Shown: positions 51,265-61,667, counted from the stretch's first letter. The stretch: 64,000 bases of DNA from Elusimicrobiota bacterium (GCA_041694815.1 JBGFSC010000025.1:8893-72892); one strand, 5' to 3'. The notes: generated by a model not told the origin, from the letters alone. Program-made: numbers and translations.

Positions 51265-52954
51265 GAACGTCGAGTATATTTTCGGGGTCCCCGGCGGACC
51301 CTTGATGCCGCTTTACGAGGCGATGTTCGACCTAGGCTCGCCTCGTCCGGTGCTCGCCAAGCACGAGCAAGGCGCGGCCTTCATGGCGGATGGCTACGCC
51401 CGCGTCTCGGGAAAACTGGGTGTCTGCTGCGCCACCACGGGGCCCGGGGCAATCAACCTGATGACGGGCGTGGCGAGCGCGTACGCCGACTCCATCCCGA
51501 TGCTCGTCTTGACCGCGCAGATCGCCACCGGAGCCTTCGCCAAGGGCGCCGTGCAGGAAAGCACGTCGCACGGCGTCGACATCGTCGAGATGTTCAAGCC
51601 CATCACCAAGATGAGCACGATGCTCGTCAGCAGCGAGAAGATGCCAGACATGATTCGATTAGCGATCCGCACGGCGATGACGGGGCGTCGCGGCCCGGTC
51701 CACCTTAACCTTCCGGCCGACCTGGTCAAACGCCTGGTCAAGGCCCACGTCGTCCCGCCTGCCCATTACCACGCCTCGGCGGCCCCCTTTGACCGCGAGG
51801 CGGTCAAGCTCGCCGCCCGGAGACTGCTCAAGGCCAAGCGGCCGGGCTTGCTCTTGGGCAGCGGTGTCAATCTCTCGCGGGCTCACGCCGAGGCCAGGGC
51901 CATCGCCGAACGGCTTTCCATCCCGGTCGCGACCTCGCCGAAGGCCAAAGGCGCCTTTCCCGAGGATCATGTCCTCTCGATGGGGGTATTGGGATTCGCC
52001 GGTTCTCCCCGCGCCGACGCCTATTTCATGGGCGGGGAGGTCGACGTGCTGCTCGTCGTGGGAAGCAGCCTGGGTGAGTTCTCGACGCATACCTGGGACG
52101 CCAAATTGCAGCCCTCCTCGGCCTTGATCCACATCGACATCGACCCCAAGGAGATCGGCAAGAACTACCCGACGGCCATCGGCATCGTCGGCGACGCCAA
52201 GGCGAGCCTCAAGGAATTGGGATTCCAGATCGAGCGGGAAATCCGCTGGCTGGAGCAATTTTCCCCGCCCTCGCCGGATTCCATCCGCGAATTCAAGGAA
52301 CGCCACCCGCGTTGTCTCAAGCCTGAGCTGTTGCTCTCCGACGCGGTTCCCATCAAGCCCCAGCGCTTGATCCACGAGATGCGCCAATGGCTGCCGGAGG
52401 ATACCCTCTTGTTCGTCGATATCGGCAACTGCATCGCCTGGTCCGTCCATTATTTCCCGATCACCGTGCCCGGAAGCTTCCAGCTCAACCTCGGCATGGC
52501 GTCGATGGGGCACGCGGTCGCGGCCGCGGTGGGAGCCAAGCTCGCCGCGCCCGAACGGCCGGTGGTCGCCTTCGTGGGCGACGCCGCCTTCGCGATGAAC
52601 GGCATGGAGATTCATACCGCCGTCGATCACAGCGTTCCGGTGGTATGGGTCGTGGCCAACAACGGATGCCACGGCATGGTCTACCATGGGGAGCGAGCGC
52701 AATTCGGCGGCAAATTCGTCTCCTCGAAGTTCCGCAAGCCCCTGGATATCGCCGCTATCGCGGAAGGCATGGGTGCCCTCGCCCTGCGGGCCGAAAAGCC
52801 CGAAGACCTTCCCAAAGCCTTTAAAACCGCCCTCGGGACCGGGCGCCCCGTCGTCATCGACGCCCGCATCGATCCCGAGGAATCCCCGCCCATGCGCCTA
52901 CGCATCGAGGCTCTGGATAAATTCTTCGCCGGCTCCGTTGAGGCGGTCGCTTAG
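51200..52954 (+). CDS. Thiamine-diphosphate enzyme, acetolactate-synthase-like
   Basis: N-terminal Pyr domain (YIFGVPGGPLMPLYEAM...HEQGAAFMADGYAR) and the ThDP motif GDAAFAMNGMEIHTAVDHSVPVVWVVANNG. The ATG at 51200 overlaps the 3' end of the upstream regulator ORF by 65 nt. Confidence 0.85.
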   Translation: MTPPEFEKTTAIKLLLKYLQAENVEYIFGVPGGPLMPLYEAMFDLGSPRPVLAKHEQGAAFMADGYARVSGKLGVCCATTGPGAINLMTGVASAYADSIPMLVLTAQIATGAFAKGAVQESTSHGVDIVEMFKPITKMSTMLVSSEKMPDMIRLAIRTAMTGRRGPVHLNLPADLVKRLVKAHVVPPAHYHASAAPFDREAVKLAARRLLKAKRPGLLLGSGVNLSRAHAEARAIAERLSIPVATSPKAKGAFPEDHVLSMGVLGFAGSPRADAYFMGGEVDVLLVVGSSLGEFSTHTWDAKLQPSSALIHIDIDPKEIGKNYPTAIGIVGDAKASLKELGFQIEREIRWLEQFSPPSPDSIREFKERHPRCLKPELLLSDAVPIKPQRLIHEMRQWLPEDTLLFVDIGNCIAWSVHYFPITVPGSFQLNLGMASMGHAVAAAVGAKLAAPERPVVAFVGDAAFAMNGMEIHTAVDHSVPVVWVVANNGCHGMVYHGERAQFGGKFVSSKFRKPLDIAAIAEGMGALALRAEKPEDLPKAFKTALGTGRPVVIDARIDPEESPPMRLRIEALDKFFAGSVEAVA

Positions 52955-52981
52955 CTTCTTCCCCCCGCGGCGCCCTCGTCC

Positions 52982-54457
52982 ATGATTAAAGTCTGCCTGG
53001 CCCTCCTATTGGCGATGCCGGCCGCCGCCGAGCAAAAACAAAAGCTCGTCGTCTGCGACGACGTACGCGATCCGCTGACCCTGGATCCGCACAAGCAATT
53101 TTCCGAGAAGAACCACACCATCGTCCAGCAGATATACGAAGGCCTTGTCCGCTTCGGGCCCAATGGCGAGATCCAGCCCACCTTGGCCGTTTCCTGGAAG
53201 AGGATGGACCCGCTGCGCATGCGCTTCAAGCTTAGGCCCGGCGTGCGCTTCCACAACGGCGAGCCCTTCGACGCGGAAGCGGTTCGGTTTTCCCTACAAC
53301 GCTATCAAGACCCCGCCACCGGCTTTCCGGGCCTCGGCTTTATTCAGTCTCTAGAAACCGTCAAGATCATAGACCCTTTGACCATCGATATTGTCACGCG
53401 GATACCCGACGGCCTCCTACTCAACCGCCTCGCCTGGCATATGCTCGTCGTACCACCAAGCTACGTCCAAGGCGGTCCGCCGGAGCTGCTTAGCGAGCGA
53501 CCCGTCGGAACGGGGCCCTTTCGATTCCAGCGATGGGACCGGGGGACCTCGATCGTCCTGGAGGCCAATCCGGATTACTGGGAACACGACGTTCCTAAAC
53601 TGAAATCCCTAGTCTTTAGATTCCTACCGGAAGAACAGCAATCTTCCGCTCTCTTTAATGGAGAGGTGGATTTGCTCACCAATCTTCCAGGCACGCGAAC
53701 CCTCGCCGTAAAACAGCATCCGCAACTCCAATTAATCAAGAAACCTATTTATTACACGACGGGAGCCTGCCTTAGGACCACGGATGGCCCTTTAGCCGAC
53801 AAACGCGTGCGCAAGGCCCTCAATTACGCCCTCAACAAGAGCGACCTGGTTCGATACGACGTTCTCGGCAATGGCGAGCCCTTGGGTGCCCTGACCTTCC
53901 CGGGAGAATTCGGCCATAATCCCTCGATCAAGCCGTACGCGTATGATCCGGCCAAGGCGCGCCGCCTGCTCAAGGAAGCCGGCTATGCCAGCGGTTTTAC
54001 TCTGAAAACCTTCCTAAAGGTGAACGCGGAACGGACGGGACGCATCATCGCCTCGCAACTCAAAAAGCTAGGGGTCATTCTCGACATCACCTTAGTTCCG
54101 GACGCGCTGCTAGTGGAATATCTGGGGCGGGAGAAATGGGATATGATCATCGGCGATGTGCCTGATCCCATGTTGCACCCGTTCTTTATTCAAGGGATAT
54201 TCATCTACTCCAAGTCCCCTTTCGCTCTGACCCGCGATAAGGCTTACGATGAGTTGCTCGAAAAAATGTCCCAGACTCTCGACCCAAATACCCAAGAAAA
54301 ACTCTGCCATGCCTTAGATAAATATGTTCATGACGAAGCCCTGAGCCTCTTCACGTACCAGCGGATCGGCACGTACGCGCTGCGCCGCGGCATTCGCTTC
54401 GTCCCGTATGTTTCGGGCATGCCTTACTTCTTCAATGTCACATGGGAGACACTGTGA
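52982..54457 (+). CDS. Family-5 (peptide/nickel type) ABC solute-binding protein, no cognate permease or ATPase nearby
   Basis: Signal peptide. LTLDPHKQFSEKNHTIVQQIYEGLVRFGPNGEIQPTLAVSWKRMDPLRMRFKLRPGVRFHNGEPF. Confidence 0.85.
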   Translation: MIKVCLALLLAMPAAAEQKQKLVVCDDVRDPLTLDPHKQFSEKNHTIVQQIYEGLVRFGPNGEIQPTLAVSWKRMDPLRMRFKLRPGVRFHNGEPFDAEAVRFSLQRYQDPATGFPGLGFIQSLETVKIIDPLTIDIVTRIPDGLLLNRLAWHMLVVPPSYVQGGPPELLSERPVGTGPFRFQRWDRGTSIVLEANPDYWEHDVPKLKSLVFRFLPEEQQSSALFNGEVDLLTNLPGTRTLAVKQHPQLQLIKKPIYYTTGACLRTTDGPLADKRVRKALNYALNKSDLVRYDVLGNGEPLGALTFPGEFGHNPSIKPYAYDPAKARRLLKEAGYASGFTLKTFLKVNAERTGRIIASQLKKLGVILDITLVPDALLVEYLGREKWDMIIGDVPDPMLHPFFIQGIFIYSKSPFALTRDKAYDELLEKMSQTLDPNTQEKLCHALDKYVHDEALSLFTYQRIGTYALRRGIRFVPYVSGMPYFFNVTWETL

Positions 54458-54822
54458 AACCCCGAAAAGCCGCGATATCGAGACTGACTCAATTTTCCCG
54501 CTCTTATTTTGGAGCGCTTGAGATCCGCCAGCTCAACGGGGACAAACCCTTCGGCCGCACCTCCGTAATTCACGAACATATGCCGCCCGGCTGCCGGCTT
54601 CCCAATATTTTCCACAGACGCACCGAGGAACTCATTGTGATACTTCGCGGACGCGTCGTTGGCGTGCTAAACGGGCGCCGCGTGATCCTGAGGGAAGGCC
54701 ATGTCGTGCGCCTTCCGCCCGGGACTCGGCATCAATTCAGTACCGGCAAGAAGGGCGCCGACTGTATTTCCATTTTCACGCCGCCGCTCTCGTTTAGGAA
54801 ATTGGACGTCGTGAAAGCATGA
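54442..54822 (+). CDS. Cupin-domain protein
   Basis: HEHMPPG...FHRRTEELIVILRGRV...LPPGTRHQF. The start is ambiguous: ATG at 54442, or GTG at 54454 overlapping the SBP stop as GTGA. Confidence 0.7.
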   Translation: MGDTVKPRKAAISRLTQFSRSYFGALEIRQLNGDKPFGRTSVIHEHMPPGCRLPNIFHRRTEELIVILRGRVVGVLNGRRVILREGHVVRLPPGTRHQFSTGKKGADCISIFTPPLSFRKLDVVKA

Positions 54823-57425
54823 CGATCAATCGAGGCATCAACCTCAACTGGTTCGACAAATCCATCGCGCGAAAGTTAGGGCGGCGCGTCATCCCGGCAA
54901 CCCTACTCATCATGCTGGCGGTGCAGGTTCTCTCCTACCAGCTGCTCAAGCAAGAGATACTTCAAGGCCTCGAAAAAGAACTCCACTTGACGGGAGTACA
55001 GTACTCCCGCGTCCTCATGGATTTATTTCGCCGTTTCTCCAACGATTTAGAAACCCTAGCGGAAAGCCCGCTGATCCCGGACTATTACAACAATGTGGAA
55101 TACCAGCTCAACGAGGAGGCCCGCGCGTACCGCCGCGAGATGCAGAAGTATTTCGCTAACTTTTACGAACGGACCAAGCTTTATTCGGGAATACGGTATA
55201 TCGACGCAAACGGGACTACGGTTTGCTCCGTCGGGTCGATAGGAAACCAGGATCACGAGATAGGCCTGCGCTACCGGAAGATCATTAGGGACTTAAGCGG
55301 AGAGCACAAGGGCATTCTGGAGCTCGCCTGCGACCTAAAAACGATCGAAAATATACTAGGTGGGATTCGCATCGGCCAAAACGGCGGCGGTTACCTGACC
55401 GGGCCTTCACGCGTCATCGGCCGCCCGGAGCTGGCGAAACTTTCGCTTACGGCCGAAGAGCCCGTTCCGGGTACCCCGTGGACCCTGGTCTTGGCCGCCG
55501 ATAAAGACGAATTCTTGCGCCCCTTGCAGCGCATACAGCGCGTAATCCTTATGATCGCCGTGAGCGGCGTCCTCCTGCTCCTAGTCGCCCTGATCACGGG
55601 CATCCGGAGGGGAATCGCGCCCCTCGAAGAGCTGCTTGAGGCGATCCGCCGCATCTCTAGCGGGCACCTCGAGCAGACCATCCCCGTGCGCGGCACCGAC
55701 GAGATCGCCGCCGTCTCGAAGGCCTTCAACGAGATGGCGCAGAACCTGCTGCGCAACAAGAACGAACTGCAGGACAAGATCGACCAGCTCCTGGCCCTGC
55801 AGAACCTAAACCACGCCATACTCCAGCGGGCCGACCGCGACGCCATACTGCGGACCTGCCTCGAGTCGGCCGTCCGGGGCCTGCATTTCGACCGCGGCAC
55901 CCTCTATTGGGTCGACGCCAACAGGCGCGAGCTGGTGGGGCATTGCGCCTTCAACATGCCGGGGGTCAGCGACGAGATGATGCGCTCCCGGCGGATGCCC
56001 CTTGATCGCAACGAGATCTTGGCGCATGTCGTGCGGTCGAACGAGCCCGTTTACGTCGATGACCCATCCCGCGACCCGCGCTGCATCCCTAGTTACGTCA
56101 ACGAAACCCGGACGCGGGCGTTCTGCGCCGCGCCTATCCGCGGCAAGCAGGCCGTGCTCGGCGTGATCGCCACCGACAACTTCTATACCGGACGCCCCAT
56201 CCAACCCGCCGACGTCGAAAGCCTCTCGCTCTTTGCGAACTCGGCGGGAATGGCGCTGGAGAACACCGAATTGACCGGGAAGGTCCACCAAGCCCAGGAG
56301 GCCCTCATCCACGCCGAGAAGATGTCGGCCATCGGCCAGCTCATTGCCGGCATCGCGCATGAGATCTCCAACCCGCTGGCCGCCGTCTCCGGCTATGCGC
56401 AGCTGGCGATGATGAGCGATCCCCCGCAGCAGCTCCGGGACGATCTGGACCTCATCCAAAAGAGCGCGCAGCGCTGTAAGAAGATTATGGACAATCTCCT
56501 TCTCTTCGCGCGCCGCGGCAAGCCCGTCCGCAAGGCCGCCTGCGTGAACGAGGCCTTAAGCAACGTGCAGGAACTGCTCCGCTATCGCCTTGAGCGCCGC
56601 GAGCGGGTCCGCCTCTCCATATCGCTCGATTCCTCCTCGCGCCCCGTCCTGGGAGACCTGCACCAGCTCGAGCAGGTATTCCTCAACCTCATCAACAACG
56701 CCTGCGACGCCATGCAGTCCGTCGCCGGCCCTAAGGAGCTCTCCGTGCGCTCGAGGCAGGTCGGCGCGCGGCTATTGATCGAGGTGGAGGACAACGGGCC
56801 GGGTATGCCCCCCCACGTCGTCGAGCGGATATTCGAGCCGTTCTTCAGCACGAAGCCGGCCGGGCGCGGCACCGGCTTGGGCCTGGCGATCGCCAAGCAG
56901 ATCATTGAGGAGCACGGTGGCATCCTGCGGTGCCACAGCGAGCCGGGGAAGGGCACGGTCTTCCAGGTGGAGCTGCCCACCGCGACGGAAACGGTCCCTC
57001 AGGCCAAAGAGGCGGCGGCGCCGCTGCCCCCTTGCCCCGGCAAACGGGTGTTGGTCGTAGACGACGAGCCGGCCCTGGCGGCCATGATGGCCGAGCTCCT
57101 GCGCCGGGACCGCGATCACGTCGACGTCGCCTACGACGGCTCCCGCGCGCTGGCGCTCATGGCCTCCAACCCGTACGACCTCATCATCACCGACCTGGCC
57201 CTAGGCGAGGTTCACGGCGATAAGATCGTCGAGTCCTGGAACTCCTCCCAACGCAACCGGGGAGCGAAGCTCATGTTGATCACGGGCGACATCTTCAACC
57301 ATTCCACCCAGGAGCTCGTCACGCGGTTTAAGGCCTCGCTTCTGCCTAAGCCGTTCGACCTGACCGATTTCCAACAGATGGCCCGCCAACTCCTCTCCAG
57401 CCAAAGCCCTTCCCGAACCGCCTGA
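54819..57425 (+). CDS. Hybrid sensor histidine kinase (extracytoplasmic sensor-TM-HAMP-GAF-HisKA-HATPase-REC)
   Basis: HAMP (RRGIAPLEELLEAIRRISSGHLEQTIPVRGTDEIAAVSKAFNEM), a GAF segment, H-box IAHEISNPLAAV, an HATPase (INNACDAM, DNGPGMP, GTGLGLAIA) and a receiver domain VLVVDDEP...DLIITDLAL. It overlaps the cupin gene by ATGA. Confidence 0.9.
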   Translation: MTINRGINLNWFDKSIARKLGRRVIPATLLIMLAVQVLSYQLLKQEILQGLEKELHLTGVQYSRVLMDLFRRFSNDLETLAESPLIPDYYNNVEYQLNEEARAYRREMQKYFANFYERTKLYSGIRYIDANGTTVCSVGSIGNQDHEIGLRYRKIIRDLSGEHKGILELACDLKTIENILGGIRIGQNGGGYLTGPSRVIGRPELAKLSLTAEEPVPGTPWTLVLAADKDEFLRPLQRIQRVILMIAVSGVLLLLVALITGIRRGIAPLEELLEAIRRISSGHLEQTIPVRGTDEIAAVSKAFNEMAQNLLRNKNELQDKIDQLLALQNLNHAILQRADRDAILRTCLESAVRGLHFDRGTLYWVDANRRELVGHCAFNMPGVSDEMMRSRRMPLDRNEILAHVVRSNEPVYVDDPSRDPRCIPSYVNETRTRAFCAAPIRGKQAVLGVIATDNFYTGRPIQPADVESLSLFANSAGMALENTELTGKVHQAQEALIHAEKMSAIGQLIAGIAHEISNPLAAVSGYAQLAMMSDPPQQLRDDLDLIQKSAQRCKKIMDNLLLFARRGKPVRKAACVNEALSNVQELLRYRLERRERVRLSISLDSSSRPVLGDLHQLEQVFLNLINNACDAMQSVAGPKELSVRSRQVGARLLIEVEDNGPGMPPHVVERIFEPFFSTKPAGRGTGLGLAIAKQIIEEHGGILRCHSEPGKGTVFQVELPTATETVPQAKEAAAPLPPCPGKRVLVVDDEPALAAMMAELLRRDRDHVDVAYDGSRALALMASNPYDLIITDLALGEVHGDKIVESWNSSQRNRGAKLMLITGDIFNHSTQELVTRFKASLLPKPFDLTDFQQMARQLLSSQSPSRTA

Positions 57426-57426
57426 A

Positions 57427-57915
57427 TCAATGCTTGCGTAATCGCCGCGGCCTGCCGCGCTGGACGGTCCCCGTCAGCTTGTCACGTAGCTCCGACATTT
57501 TCCCGCCAAGCTCGGTGAGGTCGATGCCGGCCCCTTCGGTCTGGGGCAGTATCTCGTTTTCCTCCACCTGGATGTGCTGGGTCACGTTTCTCATGAGGAT
57601 CCCGAACTTTTCCTGGTAGCGCTCGTCGAACCGAATGCCCCGTAGCTCCTCGATGATCCCATCGATGATCTGATGCTCCTCCTCGGCCTCGCCGATGAGC
57701 TCCTGGGAATCGACCACCTTCCGCGCGGCGGGGTAGAAGAGCTTCTCCTCGAGCTTGCTGTGCACCTCCAGCTCGCGTAGGGCCGCGTCCGCGGCCTCCT
57801 TTTTCTGGCGCCCCTCGGAGGTTTCAAAGCGCTTGAACAGCTCCTTGACCCGGCGATGGTCGTCGCGCAGCATGTCCGTCGCCGAACGCTCCACCACATG
57901 CGCTGTCTTAGCCAT
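57427..57915 (-). CDS. Hemerythrin (HHE cation-binding) domain protein
   Basis: DMLRDDHRRVKELF...EVHSKLEEKLFYPA...EEEHQIIDGII... Confidence 0.8.
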   Translation of the reverse strand: MAKTAHVVERSATDMLRDDHRRVKELFKRFETSEGRQKKEAADAALRELEVHSKLEEKLFYPAARKVVDSQELIGEAEEEHQIIDGIIEELRGIRFDERYQEKFGILMRNVTQHIQVEENEILPQTEGAGIDLTELGGKMSELRDKLTGTVQRGRPRRLRKH

Positions 57916-58000
57916 AATCGCCTCCCATGCTTGAAATATTGTACGCCGGGGCGGGTTTAATCCCGATGGAACGGACGTAACGTTTTTATGGCCCCCACAT

Positions 58001-59149
58001 ATGCGCCCAATGACATGCCGAATGGGTCTTGCGCGCGCGCAGATCCTGGCTTATACTCCGGAAGGCCCATCCTCACGCCGAGAGCCCGTGCCGATCCGAC
58101 GCTGGATTCTATTTTGCGCGGTCGCGACGCCGGTATACGCCGGTGTTGCGGAACGCGAGCAGCTCGAGTTCATCACCGTCAAGGGCGGCGAAACCCCTTG
58201 GACGCTGGCCAAGACCTACCTTAACGATCCCCAGCGCTGGCACGAGCTTTTGCCCTACAATCCCCAGTTAAGCGCCGATCCGACGGTGGTCTTAAGCGGC
58301 ATGACCCTGCGCGTGCCTACGCGCCTCGTCAAGCCGCATTTACGAGCCGCCTATCTCAGCTACATCGAAAGCGACGTCTTCTACAAGGCCCGCGGCAAGG
58401 AGGATTGGACCCCAGCCAAGGCGCGGATGCCCCTCTACGAAGGGGACATGCTCCGCACCGGGAGCATGTCGCGCGCCCGCATCAAGTTCCCCCTGGGATC
58501 GGTGCTCAACCTGGACTCGCACTCGGTCGTCGTGATCCGGCCCCAGCTCGAAGGCGACGGCGCCGATCTGCAGCTTGAGCGCGGGATGCTGCGGGCCATG
58601 CACTTAAAGCTCAAGGCCAGCGACGCGGCGATCACGCCCCGCACCAAAACGACGATTTACGAGGCCACGATCCGCGAGGATCGCTCCACAAAGGTAGAGG
58701 TCTTCAGCGGCGCCGCCGGGGTGAAGGCCGGCGGCCAGGAGCTCGACCTTGCCAAGGGCTATTTCGTGGAGGCCGCGGAGGGCAGGCTCGCGTCCCCGCC
58801 ACGGAAATCCCCCAAGGATACCGCGACGGAACTTCCGAAAATCAGCGCCAAATCGGCGCCGGCGAGCGTCCCCACCGATCTGGGCAAATTCAAGGTGGAC
58901 TTCCAATCACTCACCGTCGGGACCGCTCTGGCCGGCTTCCGCGTGCAGGCCTCCCCCTCCAAGGATTTCAAGCGCGTCGTCTTCGACAAGATCTACGACG
59001 TCGATGAGGAAATCCAGATACGCAAGGTCAGCCTCGAATCGGGGGTATACTGGTGGCGCGTCGCTCCCGTCGACCTATTGGGCGTCACCGGAGACTATTC
59101 CGAACCAAAGGCTCATTCCTTGACGCCCGCCGGCGGCGAGGAGCTCTGA
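58001..59149 (+). CDS. Secreted LysM + FecR-domain protein
   Basis: LysM (ITVKGGETPWTLAKTYLNDPQRWHELLPYNPQL...GMTLRVP), FecR-like (PLYEGDMLRTGSMSRARIKFPLGSVLNLDSHSVVVI) and a C-terminal FN3-like module. The true start may be the GTG at 58088, preceding the signal-like RRWILFCAVATPVYAG. Confidence 0.75.
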   Translation: MRPMTCRMGLARAQILAYTPEGPSSRREPVPIRRWILFCAVATPVYAGVAEREQLEFITVKGGETPWTLAKTYLNDPQRWHELLPYNPQLSADPTVVLSGMTLRVPTRLVKPHLRAAYLSYIESDVFYKARGKEDWTPAKARMPLYEGDMLRTGSMSRARIKFPLGSVLNLDSHSVVVIRPQLEGDGADLQLERGMLRAMHLKLKASDAAITPRTKTTIYEATIREDRSTKVEVFSGAAGVKAGGQELDLAKGYFVEAAEGRLASPPRKSPKDTATELPKISAKSAPASVPTDLGKFKVDFQSLTVGTALAGFRVQASPSKDFKRVVFDKIYDVDEEIQIRKVSLESGVYWWRVAPVDLLGVTGDYSEPKAHSLTPAGGEEL

Positions 59150-59153
59150 GCCC

Positions 59154-60011
59154 ATGTCGGGACTCGAGCAGGCCCTCGCCCCCGGCGCCTTGGCGCTCGG
59201 CGGCCTGGCCGCCATCTACGGGTTCGAAAAGCTCCGGCCGCTGCGGATGGAGCTGGAGCCGAAATTCCGCCGCAACGCCCGCAACCTGGCGGTGGCGGGT
59301 TTGAGCGCCGCCACGGTGCAGGCCTTGGAGCGGCCGCTAGTGATGCCCCTGGCCGCCTTGGCGCAGCTCCGCGGTTGGGGCCTGCTCGGGCTTTTCGAGC
59401 TGCCCCTCTGGGCCAAGACCCTCCTTGCCTGCGCGCTGCTGGACTACACCTTGTATCTCTGGCATATCCTCACGCATAAGACCGCGTTCCTCTGGCGCTT
59501 CCACCGGGTCCATCATGCCGATCTCGACATGGATGCTTCGACGGCCCTGCGCTTTCATTTCGGGGAGATCGCCCTGTCGGTGCCTTGGCGGATGACGCAG
59601 ATCGCCGTGATCGGCGTCTCCCCGGAGGCGCTGCTGCTCTGGCAGAAGGTGGTGCTGGCGGCCATCTTGTTCCACCATTCCAATCTCCGCCTTCCCGTCG
59701 CGCTCGAGCGCTGGCTGGGACTGCTGCTCGTCACACCCCGCCTGCACGGCATCCATCATTCGACGGTGGCCGACGAGCGCGATTCCAACTGGTCGAGCGG
59801 ATTGACACTCTGGGACCGCCTGCACGGCACGCTCCGCCTGGAGGTGCCGCAAGCCAAGATCATCATCGGCGTGCCCGAGCTGCGCGAAAGCGTAGACGTC
59901 CGTCTTTCCCGGCTCCTGCTGCTTCCCTTCGGGGCTAGGCCGCCCATGAAGCCGGACCCCCTCAGCCGGCCGACCGCTGAGCTGGGCCCCGCGGGCGCTC
60001 TCGCTCCCTAG
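59154..60011 (+). CDS. Fatty-acid hydroxylase / sterol-desaturase family membrane protein
   Basis: His boxes HILTH, HRVHH, FHHSN and HGIHH, with TM segments. Confidence 0.8.
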   Translation: MSGLEQALAPGALALGGLAAIYGFEKLRPLRMELEPKFRRNARNLAVAGLSAATVQALERPLVMPLAALAQLRGWGLLGLFELPLWAKTLLACALLDYTLYLWHILTHKTAFLWRFHRVHHADLDMDASTALRFHFGEIALSVPWRMTQIAVIGVSPEALLLWQKVVLAAILFHHSNLRLPVALERWLGLLLVTPRLHGIHHSTVADERDSNWSSGLTLWDRLHGTLRLEVPQAKIIIGVPELRESVDVRLSRLLLLPFGARPPMKPDPLSRPTAELGPAGALAP

Positions 60012-60025
60012 CCCTTACAAAAGTC

Positions 60026-60757
60026 TTATCTCCCGCCTTTGGCCTCACCCGTCATGGGGACGAAGCGCACGTCCATGCGCTTTTCCCTCAGCAATCCCGA
60101 ACGGGTCTTTCGTAGGAGCAAGAGCTCCTGAACCGAGCCGCCGCTAATTTCTGCGCCTATGGGGATGATCATGCGCCCGCCCTCGCCGAGCTGTTCGATC
60201 AGCGGCTTAGGGATGTGGTCGGGGGCGCAGGTGACGATGATGGCGTTGAAGGGCGCCTCCTCGGGCCAACCGCGGTAACCGTCCCCTATCCGGACTCTCA
60301 CTTTATCGTAACCGAGCCTTTTGAGGGTGCGTTCGGCCTGCCGGCCGAGCGGCTCGATGATCTCGATCGTGTAGACCTTGCGGGTGAGCTCCGCGAGCAC
60401 CGCGGCCTGATACCCTGATCCCGTGCCGATCTCTAGGACCTTGTCCGAAGGTTTCAGCTCCAGGGCTTGCGTCATGACGCCCACGATCAGGGGCTGCGAT
60501 ATGGTCTGGCCTTCGCCGATGGGTAGCGGGGTGTCGGCATAGGCGGCGGAGGCAAGCCCCGGCGGCACGAACTCATGGCGGTGGACGCGGCGCAGCGCGT
60601 CCAAGACGCGCCTGTCGCGCACGCGGTGTTCCGGGGAATAATTCGCGACGAGCTCCACCATCTTTTGGCGCTCTTTCGCGAAGGGGTCGGCCTTCGCCCA
60701 AGCCCCTCCGGCGCAGGAGAGCGCAAGCAGCAGCGCTAGAAAGACGGCTCGCGGCAT
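60026..60757 (-). CDS. pcm: Protein-L-isoaspartate O-methyltransferase with a signal peptide
   Basis: RHEFVP, GEGQTISQPLIVGVMTQAL, and the SAM motif VLEIGTGSGYQAAVLAEL. Confidence 0.85.
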   Translation of the reverse strand: MPRAVFLALLLALSCAGGAWAKADPFAKERQKMVELVANYSPEHRVRDRRVLDALRRVHRHEFVPPGLASAAYADTPLPIGEGQTISQPLIVGVMTQALELKPSDKVLEIGTGSGYQAAVLAELTRKVYTIEIIEPLGRQAERTLKRLGYDKVRVRIGDGYRGWPEEAPFNAIIVTCAPDHIPKPLIEQLGEGGRMIIPIGAEISGGSVQELLLLRKTRSGLLREKRMDVRFVPMTGEAKGGR

Positions 60758-60764
60758 ATGAGGA

Positions 60765-61667
60765 TTACTTCTTCGTATCCGGGAACTCTTCCCTGAGGTT
60801 GCCCAGCTCCGTATAGGGGATGCCGCGCACGTTCAGATAGAACGGGATCCATTCGGGATTATGGTTGAAGAGCATGGCCGCCGCTTTCCGCGGGGTCGCC
60901 TCCCAGCCGTAGCGGTCGACGACGGCGCGGTCGAGCACGCTCATGGCCTCCCCCACGCAGCTGCGGTCGATCAGGTTGAACATCTTCCGCAGGCCTTCCC
61001 GCGTCGCGGTGGCGAGGGCTTCCTCAAAGATCCTTTGTTTGGCCTCATGGGGGATGTCCAGCCGGTATTGGTCGACGCTGTGCAGGCTGCCGTGCTGCGC
61101 CGACATGATGGCCACGGCGTCCGGCATCGACATCATCCGATAAGACATCAGATGGTCTGAGCCCGTGTCTCCGCTCTGCCGTTGGCTAACCACACCCTTG
61201 GGCGGCGTGCCGTTGGCCGTGAAGATGAAATCGTCGAGCTCGACGGTCTGCCGCGGAAGGCAGGGCGACTGCTCGACCAAGAGGATCGGCTTCCTCATCC
61301 GAAAGCGGATCTGCCCATGGCCGTTGCCGTCGGGGATATGCTCGCGCTGAAGGATGACGTCTTCGACTCCGCCGGCCGGAAAGAAGGCGACCCAGAAACG
61401 CCGGACCCCTTCCCCTCTCCAACCGTGCTGGAAATTGGCCGCGACGATGCGGCCGTGCAGGGACCCGTAGGGCGCGGCCTGCGCCTCGTCCAAGCGCGAT
61501 GCCGAGCGGGCGTCGTCGGTGTCGATCGCCCGGCCCTTGTATTTGCCCCTGGGGATGATACCGTCTTCCTTGAACGGATCGGCGCAGGAGCCGCCCTCGG
61601 CGATATCCGCGGCACTTGCCGCGGGGGCGGCCAGGCAAAGCCACAAGGCGGCAGCCAAGGTCCTCAT
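60765..61667 (-). CDS. Secreted hypothetical protein
   Basis: Signal peptide MRTLAAALWLCLAAPAASA. It is a clean 300-aa ORF with no motif I can assign. Confidence 0.6.
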   Translation of the reverse strand: MRTLAAALWLCLAAPAASAADIAEGGSCADPFKEDGIIPRGKYKGRAIDTDDARSASRLDEAQAAPYGSLHGRIVAANFQHGWRGEGVRRFWVAFFPAGGVEDVILQREHIPDGNGHGQIRFRMRKPILLVEQSPCLPRQTVELDDFIFTANGTPPKGVVSQRQSGDTGSDHLMSYRMMSMPDAVAIMSAQHGSLHSVDQYRLDIPHEAKQRIFEEALATATREGLRKMFNLIDRSCVGEAMSVLDRAVVDRYGWEATPRKAAAMLFNHNPEWIPFYLNVRGIPYTELGNLREEFPDTKK

